From positions 2,656-66,655 of the forward strand of contig JAQWFB010000004.1 of assembly GCA_028704635.1 (NCBI GenBank): a stretch of 64,000 bases of DNA, given 5' to 3'. Each line of letters opens with the position of its first letter. Position 1 is the first letter of the stretch. Both the position numbers and the translations under genes were made by a program. Positions 1-9,689 of this stretch are shown here, one piece after another. The stretch comes from Candidatus Shapirobacteria bacterium. Lineage in GTDB: Bacteria > Patescibacteriota > Microgenomatia > UBA12405. The notes under the pieces were generated by a model. The model did no database searches, was not told where the DNA came from, and saw only the letters and a list, made by a program, of their open reading frames with translations.

Positions 1-1212
1 TCAACTGCTTCTGCTGAAACTCAAGAACAAGTAAAAACTGATCAAGGAGTAAGTATGGTTCTTCAAATAGATAATTCTGCCTATTTTGTTTCTAGCGCTG
101 GTGATTCTGTAGAAGCTGGAGTTTGGAAAAAAAATGACACTGCTCCAGTAATTATAAACAATAGAACCATGGTACCTCTAAGATTAATAAGTGAAACTTT
201 AGGAGCTGATGTTAATTGGAATAGTGAAACCAATTCAATTACAGTAAAAAAAGACAATAAAGAAATTAATGTTCAAATCGGCAGTGATTTAATGTTAATT
301 AATGATCAAAAAAGCACTAAAGAAATTACCTTAGACTCTCCGCCTGTTGTTGATCAAAACAATCGAACATTGGTTCCAGTCAGAGCAATTGCTGAAGCTT
401 TTGAAAAATCAGTTATCTGGGATCAAGCCACTAATTCTATTTTTATTAATTATACTCAACAAGAAAAAACTGCTTTCATAAATAATCCCAATAATACCGG
501 GACTGGTGGTAACACCAAAACTCCAGAAACCACAATTACAGGAACCCCCGAACAGCAAAGAGTTAAAAATAATCTTAAGAATATATATGATGAAGTTATC
601 AACGGTCAGGCCAATCCATTTAATTTAGATGATAATGAAGTTAAAAAGTATTTAGAAACCGGCAGCGATGAAGGCCTTAAAAGTTTCCAGGTTGTAAAAA
701 GTAAAGAAACTTCTTTTATTATGATTACCGGTGAAGAGGAGTTGGGACTGAACAAAATAACTGCCAAAATAGTAAAAATGGCTGTTAAGAGATGGGATGA
801 AATTGACCCCAGTATTATGAAAGAAATGGTGGAAACCAATGGGTTACGAGTGGTTACTTATCGTTCAAAGATATTTCAACCTTTTCAAGATAAGACGGAT
901 TTTGCTTGGTCAGCAACTTTTGACAAAGAAGGAACAACTTATTTAAATCAGTATCTTTATGCTGAAGCTCTTACTCGTTTTAATGAAAATAAAGTGGTTG
1001 AAACAAATACTCGAAGAATAATGGAAGATTTATTAGTGGAAAGTTATGGTATATATTATCTTAGGAATCTTGATAAAAACAAGAATATTGAGGTCTATAA
1101 GGCTGGTCGATTATTAGAGCAAGTTGAGAAATATAAAAGTAAATTAACCCCAACTGAATATTCTTATATTAAAAATGATGCCGAAAATAATATCAGAAAT
1201 TTTTCACGATAA
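1..1212 (+). CDS. Secreted/surface protein with two copper-amine-oxidase N-terminal-like (CAO_N1 'stalk') repeats; 5' end runs off the window
   Basis: Frame is open from nt 1 to the annotated ATG at 55, so the gene likely starts upstream of the window. Two repeats match the CAO_N1 pattern (NNRTMVPLRLISETLGADVNWNSETNSITV and NNRTLVPVRAIAEAFEKSVIWDQATNSIFI). Confidence 0.5.
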   Translation, partial: STASAETQEQVKTDQGVSMVLQIDNSAYFVSSAGDSVEAGVWKKNDTAPVIINNRTMVPLRLISETLGADVNWNSETNSITVKKDNKEINVQIGSDLMLINDQKSTKEITLDSPPVVDQNNRTLVPVRAIAEAFEKSVIWDQATNSIFINYTQQEKTAFINNPNNTGTGGNTKTPETTITGTPEQQRVKNNLKNIYDEVINGQANPFNLDDNEVKKYLETGSDEGLKSFQVVKSKETSFIMITGEEELGLNKITAKIVKMAVKRWDEIDPSIMKEMVETNGLRVVTYRSKIFQPFQDKTDFAWSATFDKEGTTYLNQYLYAEALTRFNENKVVETNTRRIMEDLLVESYGIYYLRNLDKNKNIEVYKAGRLLEQVEKYKSKLTPTEYSYIKNDAENNIRNFSR

Positions 1213-1265
1213 TCTAATTAAACCATTTACTTTAATCGCTATCTTGTTTATATTTATCCATATAA

Positions 1266-2525
1266 ATGGCAGATAATTTAAGCGAAAAAAAATATCAAAG
1301 ATTGACATTGCCTATGGGGAAAATCAAAATTCCTAAATTTTTATATATTATCTTAATTATTTTAGGAGTTTTAATTTTAGTTGTTGGTGTATTTTATTTT
1401 TATTCAAAAAATAATTTTAAAAAGACTACAATTAAACCTACAAAAAGTAGTCAAGTTTTAGATAATAAAATGACAAGTGGTGGAAGTGGAGGTGTTACTA
1501 GTCAAAGCAATATTAATAACAAATTATCAAATTTAGAAATATCAAAGAAATTAGTTAATTGGTTAGAAAAACAAAGGGATGAAAGAGGAGTTTATAGTGA
1601 AAACGAAATTTGTGAAAATGGGATTTGTAAAGGTAACATCCCAAGTAACAGAAGTGGTTTTAGTGTAATGGATGGAAAAGTAAAATTACAAAAAGAAATA
1701 GATCAAAATATCGTTGATGATTTAAAGAAATATGTAAACAAAGATATAGTACAAGTAATTCAAAGTAATTATCTACTTTGTAATTTTTTATATGATCTAT
1801 ATAGTTATCCCAACGCCAATGAAGAAGTTAAAAGTTTAACAGAAAAAATATGTTTTAATGTTCAATATGAATTGGCTAATCAAAAAGATTGGGATTCTAT
1901 TTATGATACAAAAAATATAATTAATATTGATGCTTTGTTAAATCAAGATTTGCAGAAACTTGAAAATATTTTAGTAGAAAAACAAGCGACATCTAGTATC
2001 ATTACTGATGATGGTGATTTTAATTTTAATCTAGTGAGAAAGAATGGTTACTTTGTTAGTGAATTTGCAACTCGATATAAATGGGGAAACAAAGATGAAG
2101 ATTATAGAGGATTTTTAGTTTCTTTAGATAGATTTTTGGATTTGTATAGTGATTCCAAAAATGAATTTAATGATGGGGAAGGTTGTGGATTGGCTTGGGG
2201 ATTAATAGACATGGGAGAATATAAACAAATGCCAGAATTAAAAAAATACGGAGAGATGATTTATTCTAAAGAAGTTGTTGAAAAAGATATTAATAAAATG
2301 ACATTAAGGCACACACTTACTTGTGGTTTATTAGCTGATAGACTGAATGATAAAAAAATGGTTAATATTTTTATAAATAAAATTATTACTAACTTTTACG
2401 ATGAAAATAAAAGCTGTGTTGGTCAACAAAATAAAAGTGGTAATATAAAACCAATAATTAATTTTTATGATGTAAAAGATAATGGTATGTTTTTAATTTT
2501 ATTAAATAGTCTTGAAAAGAATTAA
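1266..2525 (+). CDS. Hypothetical membrane-anchored protein (single N-terminal TM helix, large extracytoplasmic domain)
   Basis: ORF of 419 aa; hydrophobic stretch IPKFLYIILIILGVLILVVGVFYFY near the N-terminus; no recognisable catalytic motif. Confidence 0.4.
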   Translation: MADNLSEKKYQRLTLPMGKIKIPKFLYIILIILGVLILVVGVFYFYSKNNFKKTTIKPTKSSQVLDNKMTSGGSGGVTSQSNINNKLSNLEISKKLVNWLEKQRDERGVYSENEICENGICKGNIPSNRSGFSVMDGKVKLQKEIDQNIVDDLKKYVNKDIVQVIQSNYLLCNFLYDLYSYPNANEEVKSLTEKICFNVQYELANQKDWDSIYDTKNIINIDALLNQDLQKLENILVEKQATSSIITDDGDFNFNLVRKNGYFVSEFATRYKWGNKDEDYRGFLVSLDRFLDLYSDSKNEFNDGEGCGLAWGLIDMGEYKQMPELKKYGEMIYSKEVVEKDINKMTLRHTLTCGLLADRLNDKKMVNIFINKIITNFYDENKSCVGQQNKSGNIKPIINFYDVKDNGMFLILLNSLEKN

Positions 2526-5334
2526 TAAAATGAAAAAATATTTTAAATATATTTTATGTTTTGGTTTATTTATTTTAAATACATCAGAAGTTATAGCGCT
2601 ATCTGATACAACTCAAAATGGTTGTAATAAGCGTGATTTAGGAACCTCAGATACTTATGATGGTGTGGTTTGCACAAAAGTTGGTAGTGTTTGTAATGCA
2701 GATTGTGCAAGTGGGTGGACAGATGAGCCTTGTGCGGCTGATGAAGATACCACTCCTCAGTCTAGTTTTAAATGTTATATAAATGATTCAAATTGCAATA
2801 ATAATGCATGGTGTCATAAGTGTGTGAAAAAAACTGTACCCTGTAATAGTTGCCAATCCGGATACATTGATTCTACAGCATGTACAGGAACTTGTAGTGG
2901 TACCTATAGTATTAATTCAGGTACGAGTTGTAATACTCAGAGTTGTTGTTTGTGTACAATTACAAATTGTTCGTGTGATACTAACAGTTCTTTAGCTCAA
3001 TCTACTTGTAACACTACTACCTATACTCAAGCTGCCAATGGAAACTGTCCTGCAATGACTTGTACTGGACAAAAAACTTGTACAACACCATCAGGTGGTT
3101 CTTGTCAGTTTGTATCTGACCCATGCTACGTTATGATCGGCGGAAGTTGTATGCCACAATATGGAACAGTTACATTTATTGGTGGTGCAATTAAACCATA
3201 TAATTGTACTTGTGAGGAGTCTTATAATAAAAATTGGGCTTGTTATCCGGATCATCCTTGGGCTTGTACGAGTGGTAGTGGTGTTCAAACTTGTTATGAT
3301 GGTAGTAGTTCACCTTGTGATTATTGTGGTGGTGTTATTTGTGAAAAGTCTGTTGATCCTAATGATAAATCAGGCTGGACCCAGTGTGTTCCTGATAATG
3401 GTATTTGTGGAAAAGGAAAAGCGTATAATTATTGCACAGGTTGTTCTAGCTGTTGGTTTGATTCTGGTCCTCCTGATTACGCTAATGTGCCAGGCTATTA
3501 TTCACATCTATACAATTACAATTGTACAGTTCCTTGTGGTTGTGAAGAGATAAATAGTGACCCTGATAATTTTGGACAATGTAATATCACTACCGAAAAC
3601 ACAAATTTTAGTTCTACTCTTGGTCCACAACCAGGCGCAGACGGTTATAGTGATTTGTGCTGGAATATATGGGGAACATGGGACGCAAATGATAATTTAA
3701 CATCATCCAATTTATCACCAGCTGTTCTTCAAGGGAACACGTGGACATGGACTTGCCCTGGTAAGGATTGGAGTAATCAAAATCCGTCTTGTCCTACCAA
3801 CATTGGTTGTTCAGCTCCACTTAATTCCCCTCCAAAATTTGAAGGGATTGATATGTATGGTACTAATTTTCATGGGGGAGTAAACGGGAATACGGTTATT
3901 AGTTCTCTTGTTCCTGCTGAAACCACTGACGTTGGAACTAGCAGAAATCAAATTTGTGATGACAGATTTTATGGCAATCGTATAGTTTCGTTTATAGTAA
4001 GTGCTAGTGATCCGAACAATGATAAAATTAGTGCAGTTTTAAAATGGAATAATCAACCTATCGGATTATTATATAGTGATGATAAAACTTATTTTCAATT
4101 TAATTGGTCTGGTACAGCGTGGAATGATCCCATACCCGATAGTCTTAACGACAATGTAGTTCATCCATTAATGGTGACTATTACTGATGAATATGGCAAC
4201 ACTACTGGAGAAATAAACACGGGAAGATATTTTAAAATTTGGGATTGTAACGTTCCAATAAGCGGCACTATTTATGATTCTACTGATAATGGAGGTAATG
4301 CAGATTATTCTACTGGTATTGGCTTTAGTAACCCAGCTGACCCGGCTGTTCTTAAATTTTCTTCTTTAGATTTTATTGGAGGTGGTGGTATTAGTGTTGG
4401 TATGGCAGTTAACTCACCTAATTATAATAGTGTCACCAATCATCATTTAACTTGGGGAGTGAATACTTATGTTCCTAATTTTAATGGAGATATTTCTTTA
4501 ACTAGTCCAAAAATAAGGTATAAAAATTCAAAGAGTGGTAGTAGCTGGAATGGTAATACTAATGCATATGTCGACACCATTGGAATTGTGGATCCTTATG
4601 ATGTCGCCTCAATTGGTATCACCGCCGACTTCTCTGGAATTTTAATTCAAGACCCCTGGTGGCAAGCCAATGGAGGTGGAGTTATTAGTAACACTAGTAT
4701 TACTGGACAAGTTCCAGCAACCTGTACTGAAACTAATAGTTGTATAAGTCAAATTGGTATTAGTGGTTTAGTTTCTGCTCCTTCTATTAGTAATGTAGGT
4801 AATCCTTCTTATCAAAATTGGTATTATGGCAGTACTTCAGGTTTACCAAATAATAATGCTAAATTAGCTGACTCTAATACTAACTACAGTTATTTCTATA
4901 GCCAGTATTTTGTTAAGAAAGGAGTTGGAACTACTTTCTCTGGTAATAAAAGTATTTCAGATATTGTCGACACTGGTATCTATTTTATCGAAGGTAATTT
5001 AAATATTGATACTGATAAAACTTTAACCAATCCTAGTGATTTCTTAATGATTATCGTTAGTGGTGATATTAATGTTGGTATTGGAGCAAGTCGAGTTGAC
5101 GGAATATTAGTGGCCAATAATATTGGTGCTAGTGGAGCTAGTGATAATCAATTAATTTTTAATGGTAGTCTTTATGCTGCTGATAGTGTTAATTTTTCTC
5201 GTGATTATTATACTAATAATAGAATAAACAATAACTCAACTCCAGTTGTAGTAGTTAATTATGATCCTAAATTAATCTTTAATATGCCTGGTGATATTGC
5301 TAAAGTTTTAACTAATTGGCAATGGGGAAATTAA
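2512..5334 (+). CDS. Large secreted cysteine-rich protein, putative adhesin (possible PilY1-like pilus-tip protein by gene context)
   Basis: 940 aa; N-terminal signal peptide (MKRINKMKKYFKYILCFGLFILNTSEVIALS); ~350-aa region with very dense Cys spacing (knottin/EGF-like); many N-x-S/T sites; immediately followed by a PilX_N-like minor pilin gene. Confidence 0.45.
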   Translation: MKRINKMKKYFKYILCFGLFILNTSEVIALSDTTQNGCNKRDLGTSDTYDGVVCTKVGSVCNADCASGWTDEPCAADEDTTPQSSFKCYINDSNCNNNAWCHKCVKKTVPCNSCQSGYIDSTACTGTCSGTYSINSGTSCNTQSCCLCTITNCSCDTNSSLAQSTCNTTTYTQAANGNCPAMTCTGQKTCTTPSGGSCQFVSDPCYVMIGGSCMPQYGTVTFIGGAIKPYNCTCEESYNKNWACYPDHPWACTSGSGVQTCYDGSSSPCDYCGGVICEKSVDPNDKSGWTQCVPDNGICGKGKAYNYCTGCSSCWFDSGPPDYANVPGYYSHLYNYNCTVPCGCEEINSDPDNFGQCNITTENTNFSSTLGPQPGADGYSDLCWNIWGTWDANDNLTSSNLSPAVLQGNTWTWTCPGKDWSNQNPSCPTNIGCSAPLNSPPKFEGIDMYGTNFHGGVNGNTVISSLVPAETTDVGTSRNQICDDRFYGNRIVSFIVSASDPNNDKISAVLKWNNQPIGLLYSDDKTYFQFNWSGTAWNDPIPDSLNDNVVHPLMVTITDEYGNTTGEINTGRYFKIWDCNVPISGTIYDSTDNGGNADYSTGIGFSNPADPAVLKFSSLDFIGGGGISVGMAVNSPNYNSVTNHHLTWGVNTYVPNFNGDISLTSPKIRYKNSKSGSSWNGNTNAYVDTIGIVDPYDVASIGITADFSGILIQDPWWQANGGGVISNTSITGQVPATCTETNSCISQIGISGLVSAPSISNVGNPSYQNWYYGSTSGLPNNNAKLADSNTNYSYFYSQYFVKKGVGTTFSGNKSISDIVDTGIYFIEGNLNIDTDKTLTNPSDFLMIIVSGDINVGIGASRVDGILVANNIGASGASDNQLIFNGSLYAADSVNFSRDYYTNNRINNNSTPVVVVNYDPKLIFNMPGDIAKVLTNWQWGN

Positions 5335-5350
5335 AATAATAAATAATAAA

Positions 5351-6106
5351 ATGAAAACTAATAAACAGAACAAAGGACAGATTGCCATTATTGTTCTTTT
5401 AGCATCAGCAATTATTTTAACTCTTGGCCTTTCTGCTTCAAAAACTGCTATTACTGATACTAAAGTTGATACGGATGAAGAATTATTAAAGGAAGCTTTC
5501 AATACAGCTGAATCAGCAATTAATAATTATTTAACTGATAGTAATAAAACTAATTACACAACTGAAGGTAGTGGTGCAAATATAGTTGCTACCCAAATTG
5601 GTGGTAATAATATTAAAGAAATTTCTTCTGAAGGTGTAGTTTCGGCTAATACAAATCAATTATTTTGGTTGGTTAACCATAATGAAAATGGAGATATTGG
5701 TTCTACTTATTATGGTGGTAGTAGTAGTTATTTTAAAATTGAGGCAGATAATTCTAATGTTGCTTTAAAAATAGATTATTTTTACATTGATGGATCTGAT
5801 TATAAGGTTGATAGATTTGGTTGTTATACGGGTACAGATCTTACTAATTTTGTTGGTTTTACATTTAATTGTAATAATAATATATCTACCTCTGGTAAAA
5901 ATTCTTTATTAGTTTCAGTTACCCCATTAGGCGGTTCTAGTAAAATAAAAATTTCTGGTGATTCTGAGTTTCCTGTTCAAGGAGAAGAAATAATGTCTAC
6001 TAGTATTACTGACAGTGGTGTTAAAACTCAAATTAAGACTAGATATGTCTATCAATTCCCTTCCTTTATGTTAGATGCTATTACTGCTAGGGGTGGGGTT
6101 GAATAG
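5351..6106 (+). CDS. PilX-like minor (pseudo)pilin with non-canonical prepilin N-terminus
   Basis: N-terminus NKGQIAIIVLLASAIILTLGLSAS followed by amphipathic helix (EELLKEAFNTAESAINNYL) matches the PilX_N pattern (RGvaLivsLifLllltiiGlsa ... AfqaAEaAl), which lacks Glu5. The rest is beta-rich. Confidence 0.45.
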   Translation: MKTNKQNKGQIAIIVLLASAIILTLGLSASKTAITDTKVDTDEELLKEAFNTAESAINNYLTDSNKTNYTTEGSGANIVATQIGGNNIKEISSEGVVSANTNQLFWLVNHNENGDIGSTYYGGSSSYFKIEADNSNVALKIDYFYIDGSDYKVDRFGCYTGTDLTNFVGFTFNCNNNISTSGKNSLLVSVTPLGGSSKIKISGDSEFPVQGEEIMSTSITDSGVKTQIKTRYVYQFPSFMLDAITARGGVE

Positions 6107-6112
6107 CGTATT

Positions 6113-7195
6113 CTATTTTTTATTTATCAAATCATTCAATATAATCCAACGTCTTTTCTTTTCCTTCATTGGAATTTCATCTTTATATAATTTTGCCGAT
6201 ACAGTTCCTTTTCTTGGTGAATATTTATTTATATAAGCAATTTCAAATTTAGCTTTTTTGCAAAGTTCAACTGTGTTTTCAAATGCCTTTTCATCTTCCC
6301 CTGGGAAACCGATAATTATATCCGTCGAAAATCTAACGTCAGGAATTTTAGATCTAATTTTTTCTACCAATTCCAAATATTCTTTACTAGTATATCCACG
6401 ATTCATATTTTTTAATACATCATCATCACCAGCTTGAAATGGTAAATGAAGTAATCGATCAATGTTTGAATTTTTAGCAATAGTTTCAATTAACTCATCA
6501 GAAAAATCCCATGGGTTACTACTCACAAAAGAAATTTTTTCTAAATCCTTTTTGGCCACCTCTTCCAAAAGTTTTGGAAATAAACTTTTAAATCTTTTTT
6601 TACCCATCGATACTAATGTCGCTTCGGTAAAATCATTCCCATACGAATTAACATTCTGCCCAATCAACATCACTTGTTTAAAATCATCTTTAATCGCCTT
6701 ATCGATGTCATTTAAAATAGCCTCTATTTTTCTCGATATTTCTGGACCCTTAGCAAAGGGGACGATACAATAACTACAAAAATTACTACAACCAAAACTA
6801 ATTGGAATCAAAGCTATCTCGCTTTTTCCCCTCAATGGTTCAATCTCAAAACTAATTTTTTCAATCGGCAAAAATTCCGAAACTGCGGGAAAATCTCTTT
6901 TTAATTGACTTAATTTTTTACCGGTTTTATCCTTATGTGCCAGGCCCGCTAAACACCCCGTCACAATAATCTTAATGTGTTTATTATTTTTAATATTCCA
7001 CTTATCTATTTCATTTATCAAACCATAAACTCTATTTTCCGCTGACTCTCGAATAATACAGGTATTAATAATTACTAAATCAGATTTTTTCCAATCATCA
7101 GTTTCAATAAAACCTTCATTCCAATAAAAGGTCTTAATTCTTTCCGAATCAGCCGTATTTTGAATACATCCAAAAGTTTTAATAAAAAAATTCAT
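6113..7195 (-). CDS. miaB: MiaB-family radical-SAM methylthiotransferase (MTTase N-domain plus radical SAM; no obvious C-terminal TRAM domain)
   Basis: N-terminus IKTFGCIQNTADSE (MTTase N motif); CSNFCSYC radical-SAM cluster motif; 360 aa vs ~440 for canonical MiaB/RimO. The ORF track starts at a TTG (7201); the ATG at 7195 is preferred. Confidence 0.7.
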   Translation of the reverse strand: MNFFIKTFGCIQNTADSERIKTFYWNEGFIETDDWKKSDLVIINTCIIRESAENRVYGLINEIDKWNIKNNKHIKIIVTGCLAGLAHKDKTGKKLSQLKRDFPAVSEFLPIEKISFEIEPLRGKSEIALIPISFGCSNFCSYCIVPFAKGPEISRKIEAILNDIDKAIKDDFKQVMLIGQNVNSYGNDFTEATLVSMGKKRFKSLFPKLLEEVAKKDLEKISFVSSNPWDFSDELIETIAKNSNIDRLLHLPFQAGDDDVLKNMNRGYTSKEYLELVEKIRSKIPDVRFSTDIIIGFPGEDEKAFENTVELCKKAKFEIAYINKYSPRKGTVSAKLYKDEIPMKEKKRRWIILNDLINKK

Positions 7196-7217
7196 CCACA
7201 ATTTTACCAGATTAATT

Positions 7218-7685
7218 TTAATGAACCAATTTTCTAGCCACTAGAAATAAAACTCCACCAATACTAATCAATGTCACAGTTGGGAAAAATACCCCAGCGG
7301 TTGGTAAAGTTTCAGCACTTCCACTGCCAATAGCGGTATAATCAACATTTTCTGCACCTAAAGTTAAAGTAAAAGTAATTGTCGATCCATCACTAGTCAA
7401 AATAATTGCATGATCACCATCAGCCAATGTCCCTGGGTTATAAGTCCAATTTCCTGATCCATCTGTCGTTACAGTCGCTGCAGTTCCATCAATAGAAATA
7501 GTTACTACACTTGAGGCTATTGCCTCTCCCGTCATCACCGGTGTTAATCCTGAATACCACCAATGTGAAATTTGTTGACCACTAGTATTAACCTGTCCAA
7601 TCGATTTTAAATTAAAACCACCAGCAAAAGCCATTTTAGTAAACAAAGAAAAAATTATTAAAAAACAAAATAACTTTTTATACAT
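7218..7685 (-). CDS. Small secreted Ig-like/beta-rich surface protein with C-terminal LPXTG-like (LPTAG) sorting signal
   Basis: Signal peptide (MYKKLFCFLIIFSLFTKMAFA). C-terminus reads ETLPTAG, then a hydrophobic stretch (VFFPTVTLISIGGVLFLV), then a basic tail ARKLVH, which is the classic tripartite sortase substrate architecture. Confidence 0.5.
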   Translation of the reverse strand: MYKKLFCFLIIFSLFTKMAFAGGFNLKSIGQVNTSGQQISHWWYSGLTPVMTGEAIASSVVTISIDGTAATVTTDGSGNWTYNPGTLADGDHAIILTSDGSTITFTLTLGAENVDYTAIGSGSAETLPTAGVFFPTVTLISIGGVLFLVARKLVH

Positions 7686-7744
7686 AAAAAAATAATATAC
7701 TTTTAATTTTTAATTTGCAATTTTATTGACACTAATAATTAAAA

Positions 7745-8908
7745 ATGAGATATTTATTCATGGATAATCCAACTAATGATCAAAAGTTTCTCAAACAAAC
7801 CTCAACTATTCCAAATCCAATTATCCCCGAAACTTCAACAGCAACTATTCCCGACCCCCAAATTCCAGTCACCGCCGAAAATCCAGTATCAACCATGACC
7901 GAAGTTCCAGTAGTTGAAACTGAATTACCTCCAATCCAGCCTCAATCAGAACCAGAAATAGAGAAAACAGAATCCACCGGCGAATATCAAAACGAGTATC
8001 AAGACATTTTAAATCAGTATGCCGCCAATCAAGAAATAACACCACCATTAGCACCAGTCCAAAAAAACGAAAATCCACCACCAACTCCAACCATCACTGA
8101 TTCAGATATTTTTCCAATACCTCCACAAAATAATCTTTTCAAAATTATATTTATAATTTCATTAATTATTTTTGTTTTAACATCCACGGTTTTAGCTTTT
8201 GTTTATTTTAAAAATCAAAAGAGTTCGCCAACTATCAATAACCAACCGTCAACGATCGACAATCTAACACCTACAGCCCCATCAGGCACCTGCTTTTTAA
8301 ATGACAAAACTTATCAAACAGGGGAAACATTTACGGCTACTGATGGTTGTAATACTTGCACTTGTGTCTCCCAAAACAATATCAGTTGTACTGATAAAGA
8401 ATGTCCATCATTAAAATCCGCCACTGAATCAGCTACAAATTCAACCAAAACCGCCACATCTTCAAGTATTCCTAAAGACTGGCAAGCTTATACTGATTCT
8501 GTTTATAAATATTCAATTCAATATCCATTAAACTGGACAATTGATAAAAAAATAACAAGTGACACAAGACTTTTAATAAACAGTCCTGAAAAAATAAAGT
8601 CTCTTCAAAATCCAAATAATTATGAAGGCTATTCTGGTGATGATATAAACATTCAAGTCTATGAAGATTATAAAAATTCTTTAACCAAAAACCAATCACT
8701 AGAAGAATATTTTAAAAGTAGTGGATTATTTTCTAATGTTAAAAAAATAAAAATAGGAAATACAAATGGTTATATTGTAGATGAGGCTGGTATGGATACT
8801 ACTCCTGCTTATTTCATTATTAATTCTAATAATGTTTTCAAAATAACTTCATTTTTAAGTTTTTCTCAAACAGAATTAAAAATTCTAGATTCTTTTAAAA
8901 TCAATTAA
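7745..8908 (+). CDS. Hypothetical membrane protein: Pro-rich N-terminal region, one TM helix, Cys-knot motif and C-terminal domain
   Basis: PxxP-rich first 120 aa; TM helix FKIIFIISLIIFVLTSTVLAFVYF; small Cys cluster CFLNDKTYQTGETFTATDGCNTCTCVSQNNISCTDKEC. Confidence 0.4.
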   Translation: MRYLFMDNPTNDQKFLKQTSTIPNPIIPETSTATIPDPQIPVTAENPVSTMTEVPVVETELPPIQPQSEPEIEKTESTGEYQNEYQDILNQYAANQEITPPLAPVQKNENPPPTPTITDSDIFPIPPQNNLFKIIFIISLIIFVLTSTVLAFVYFKNQKSSPTINNQPSTIDNLTPTAPSGTCFLNDKTYQTGETFTATDGCNTCTCVSQNNISCTDKECPSLKSATESATNSTKTATSSSIPKDWQAYTDSVYKYSIQYPLNWTIDKKITSDTRLLINSPEKIKSLQNPNNYEGYSGDDINIQVYEDYKNSLTKNQSLEEYFKSSGLFSNVKKIKIGNTNGYIVDEAGMDTTPAYFIINSNNVFKITSFLSFSQTELKILDSFKIN

Positions 8909-8950
8909 ATTAAATTTTCTCAACACAACTTCAATTATTAAATTACAATA

Positions 8951-9667
8951 ATGGAAACAACCAATTTCGAAGCTCAAAATCCAATTCCTGACATCGAAAT
9001 CCCAGTTTTACCTTCTACTCCAACCCCAAATAAAAATATTTTTAAAACATTATTTTTTATTTTCCTCGGACTATTTTTAATTATTTCATCAATTTATTTC
9101 TATCTTTGGGTAAAAAGTGATCAACTATCTCAAAATTCTCAAACAGAAATTAAAAACCAATCCATTAATAATATCAATTCAACTCCATCACCCACATCCG
9201 CACAAGCGATTATTAATAATCAAAACTCTCTTAAACAAGTTTTAACCGATTGGAGTCTTTATCGCGAAATTGAAAACAAGGATCAGTTTTTTTATGAAAC
9301 AGATCAAGACGGAACTCGTAAAACATGCGGTTCTTGGTTTTGCAATGTTCCATCCAATCATGAATTATACCCATTTACCCAAAAAATTTTAAATGGATCA
9401 ATTAAAGAACTTACTATTGGTATCAGATCTGTTTATATAACACCAAATTACGAAAATTATAATAACCAAGAATTCAATAATTTAAACATCGGGTCATTTT
9501 CAACTGGTATTATTGAAATTCAACCACTTTATGTTTATGACGATAAATTAATTTGGTCAACTCTTCCCGGGTGTGGTGGTGCCATTCCAGATACTCAAAT
9601 TGATAAAGAAAATTATGCAAGTTGTGAGTATTTAGAAAAATTAATAAGTACTGCTTTTGAACAATAA
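8951..9667 (+). CDS. Hypothetical membrane-anchored protein
   Basis: 238 aa, N-terminal TM helix (LFFIFLGLFLIISSIYFYLWV), no recognisable motif. Confidence 0.35.
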   Translation: METTNFEAQNPIPDIEIPVLPSTPTPNKNIFKTLFFIFLGLFLIISSIYFYLWVKSDQLSQNSQTEIKNQSINNINSTPSPTSAQAIINNQNSLKQVLTDWSLYREIENKDQFFYETDQDGTRKTCGSWFCNVPSNHELYPFTQKILNGSIKELTIGIRSVYITPNYENYNNQEFNNLNIGSFSTGIIEIQPLYVYDDKLIWSTLPGCGGAIPDTQIDKENYASCEYLEKLISTAFEQ

Positions 9668-9689
9668 ATTTAATCCCAAAACCTGCCTG

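Noticed and set aside
606-839. 77-aa minus-strand ORF inside the CAO_N1 protein gene
   Set aside because: Antisense to a longer ORF with domain signatures; hydrophobic low-complexity product.
3091-3553. ORFs 3091-3288 (-) and 3161-3553 (+) inside the 940-aa Cys-rich gene
   Set aside because: They overlap a long ORF that has a clear signal peptide and consistent composition. Hydrophobic low-complexity translations are typical of off-frame reads of AT-rich sequence.
2512-5334. Diversity-generating retroelement target in the Cys-rich giant protein
   Set aside because: No reverse transcriptase, template repeat or variable repeat pair was found anywhere in the window.
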